This document shows, in pieces, positions 63,353-64,000 of a stretch of 64,000 nt of DNA (its first letter is position 1; each line of letters starts with the position of its first letter). Source of the stretch: a virus; IMG/VR virus record IMGVR_UViG_3300045988_165922, positions 37,893-101,892 of that record. One strand, given 5' to 3'. Position numbers and translations under genes: made by a program. The notes beneath the pieces were generated by a model. That model was not told the DNA's origin, did not search any database, and was given only the letters and a program-made list of their open reading frames with translations.

Positions 63353-63423
63353 TTCCCGCATCAAGTATGGGACAGTGTTCCAGCCGACTAATCTAGGAAA
63401 GGAAAGACTCGAAAGGTGGAAAC

Positions 63424-63708
63424 GTGAAAAGCTTCCTAAAGAACCTATTGGCTTTGACCGGACTGGCGTCCATCATCACCATGCTCGGCTCCCTCGCATA
63501 TGTGGATAAGAAACTACATGATGTGAGCAACGGATACAAGTACGGCCCCGCACGGCATCTGGAGTATTTGAGCGCGCTGTTGCACTCCTTCAACCGTTCT
63601 ATAGATGTCATTGCCGCCGACACGCATCGGAAGGTGTGCGACGAGGAGAATCGGAAGTATGACCGTTTGGAGGATGAGCGGGAGAGGGCTTGGAGCGCGG
63701 CTCGCTGA
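63424..63708 (+). CDS. small secreted or membrane-anchored protein, 94 aa
   Basis: GTG start with RBS GAAAGGTGGAAAC; N-terminal hydrophobic segment. Confidence 0.45.
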   Translation: MKSFLKNLLALTGLASIITMLGSLAYVDKKLHDVSNGYKYGPARHLEYLSALLHSFNRSIDVIAADTHRKVCDEENRKYDRLEDERERAWSAAR

Positions 63709-63736
63709 GTATTTGGTTTTCTTTGCGTCTGTCTAT

Positions 63737-63762
63737 GTTATAGTGGAACTGTTCACATAAAA
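63737..63762 (+). promoter_or_regulatory. conserved promoter/leader motif copy (tgttatagtggaactgttcacataaa)
   Basis: consensus copy ~20 nt before the RBS of the 63781 gene. Confidence 0.55.
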
Positions 63763-63780
63763 CAGATTCGAAGGAAGACC

Positions 63781-64000
63781 ATGAACCAAAAAGTCCTCAT
63801 CACTCTCAACAACGGAGCGAAACGTATCGTATACCGTGACGACCTCTGCCACGAGCTGGCCGACCTGCTCCGGCTCTACCTGCACGCCGACGCGTTGCCG
63901 GGAACAGGGGAACGTTGGGAACTGTTGAGGACGCTTGCATCCACTCTCATTGGTCGCGCTGTCGAAAAAGGGCTTTTTGAGGACTGCGCCCGCGTGAACG
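63781..64000 (+). CDS. hypothetical protein, 5' part only (runs off the window)
   Basis: ATG with RBS GAAGGAAGACC after a motif; no stop before position 64000. Confidence 0.4.
   Translation, partial: MNQKVLITLNNGAKRIVYRDDLCHELADLLRLYLHADALPGTGERWELLRTLASTLIGRAVEKGLFEDCARVN

Larger units (their letters stand above)
1..64000. mobile_element. segment of a conjugative plasmid or ICE (replicon, partition, T4SS-like, anti-defence-like and cargo modules); no element boundary seen
   Basis: rep+iterons, parA, T4CP-like ATPase, VirB6-like protein, DnaB, orphan MTase and Xis-like gene all in one window; no housekeeping genes. Confidence 0.55.

Noticed and set aside
1333-63762. The conserved 24-bp motif as terminal inverted repeats of a MITE or IS, or as a REP-like element
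   Set aside because: No inverted partner copies flank discrete units. Every copy has a fixed orientation and distance relative to a downstream RBS/start, and the sequence contains an extended -10-like TGnTATAcT. This points to a promoter/operator, not a transposable repeat.
1-64000. tRNA, rRNA or tmRNA genes and integrase or att sites
   Set aside because: No cloverleaf-compatible segments, rRNA-like conserved blocks or recombinase motifs (RxxR...HxxR...Y or serine-recombinase N-terminus) were recognised on either strand by eye. A computational scan with tRNAscan-SE and HMMs would be needed for a definitive negative.

Overview
This window is high-GC, actinobacterial-type DNA (Bifidobacterium-like codon usage, AAGGAG-type RBSs, frequent GTG/TTG starts). 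Its gene content reads as a conjugative plasmid or ICE segment rather than chromosomal core. No rRNA, tRNA, CRISPR array or IS transposase was seen.

(1) Positions 1-15.6 kb are an almost purely minus-strand island of about 35 small genes. They include a DEDDh exonuclease, a GNAT acetyltransferase, several Cys-cluster and Zn-finger proteins, two paralogous HEAT-like repeat proteins, an Xis-like HTH, an RHH protein and a DUF2786-like protein. The island is punctuated by copies of a conserved ~24-bp extended -10 promoter/leader motif. At least 22 copies of this motif occur across the whole window, always oriented toward the first gene of a cluster.

(2) 15.7-17.1 kb carries a plus-strand ATPase gene with a low-GC promoter and a bidirectional terminator.

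(3) 19.0-31.1 kb is a sortase-dependent pilus operon: a backbone pilin, a class C sortase and a 2066-aa RCC1-repeat surface protein containing exact 150-bp tandem DNA repeats. Its 3' end runs directly into a complete diversity-generating retroelement (target gene with C-terminal VR, Avd-like gene, TR, DGR-type reverse transcriptase).

(4) The next block encodes a flotillin/SPFH protein, DnaB helicase, a ParB/Srx-nuclease-domain protein and a tandem small-protein family.

(5) An insulated cassette with its own AT-rich promoter and terminator carries an AAA-ATPase plus two small ORFs.

(6) A ~700-bp strand-asymmetric A-rich tract lies in a divergent intergenic region.

(7) Transfer-related genes follow: a ParA/MinD-like ATPase, a T4CP-like ATPase and a VirB6-like polytopic membrane protein.

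(8) A replicon module comprises parA, a partner gene, an iteron array, an AT-rich DUE and a rep gene.

(9) The last ~7 kb has a Ser/Asp-rich surface protein, a nuclease-like secreted protein, small motif-driven genes, an orphan beta-class DNA methyltransferase and further small membrane-protein genes.

Many ORF-track entries antisense to these genes are rejected as high-GC artefacts.
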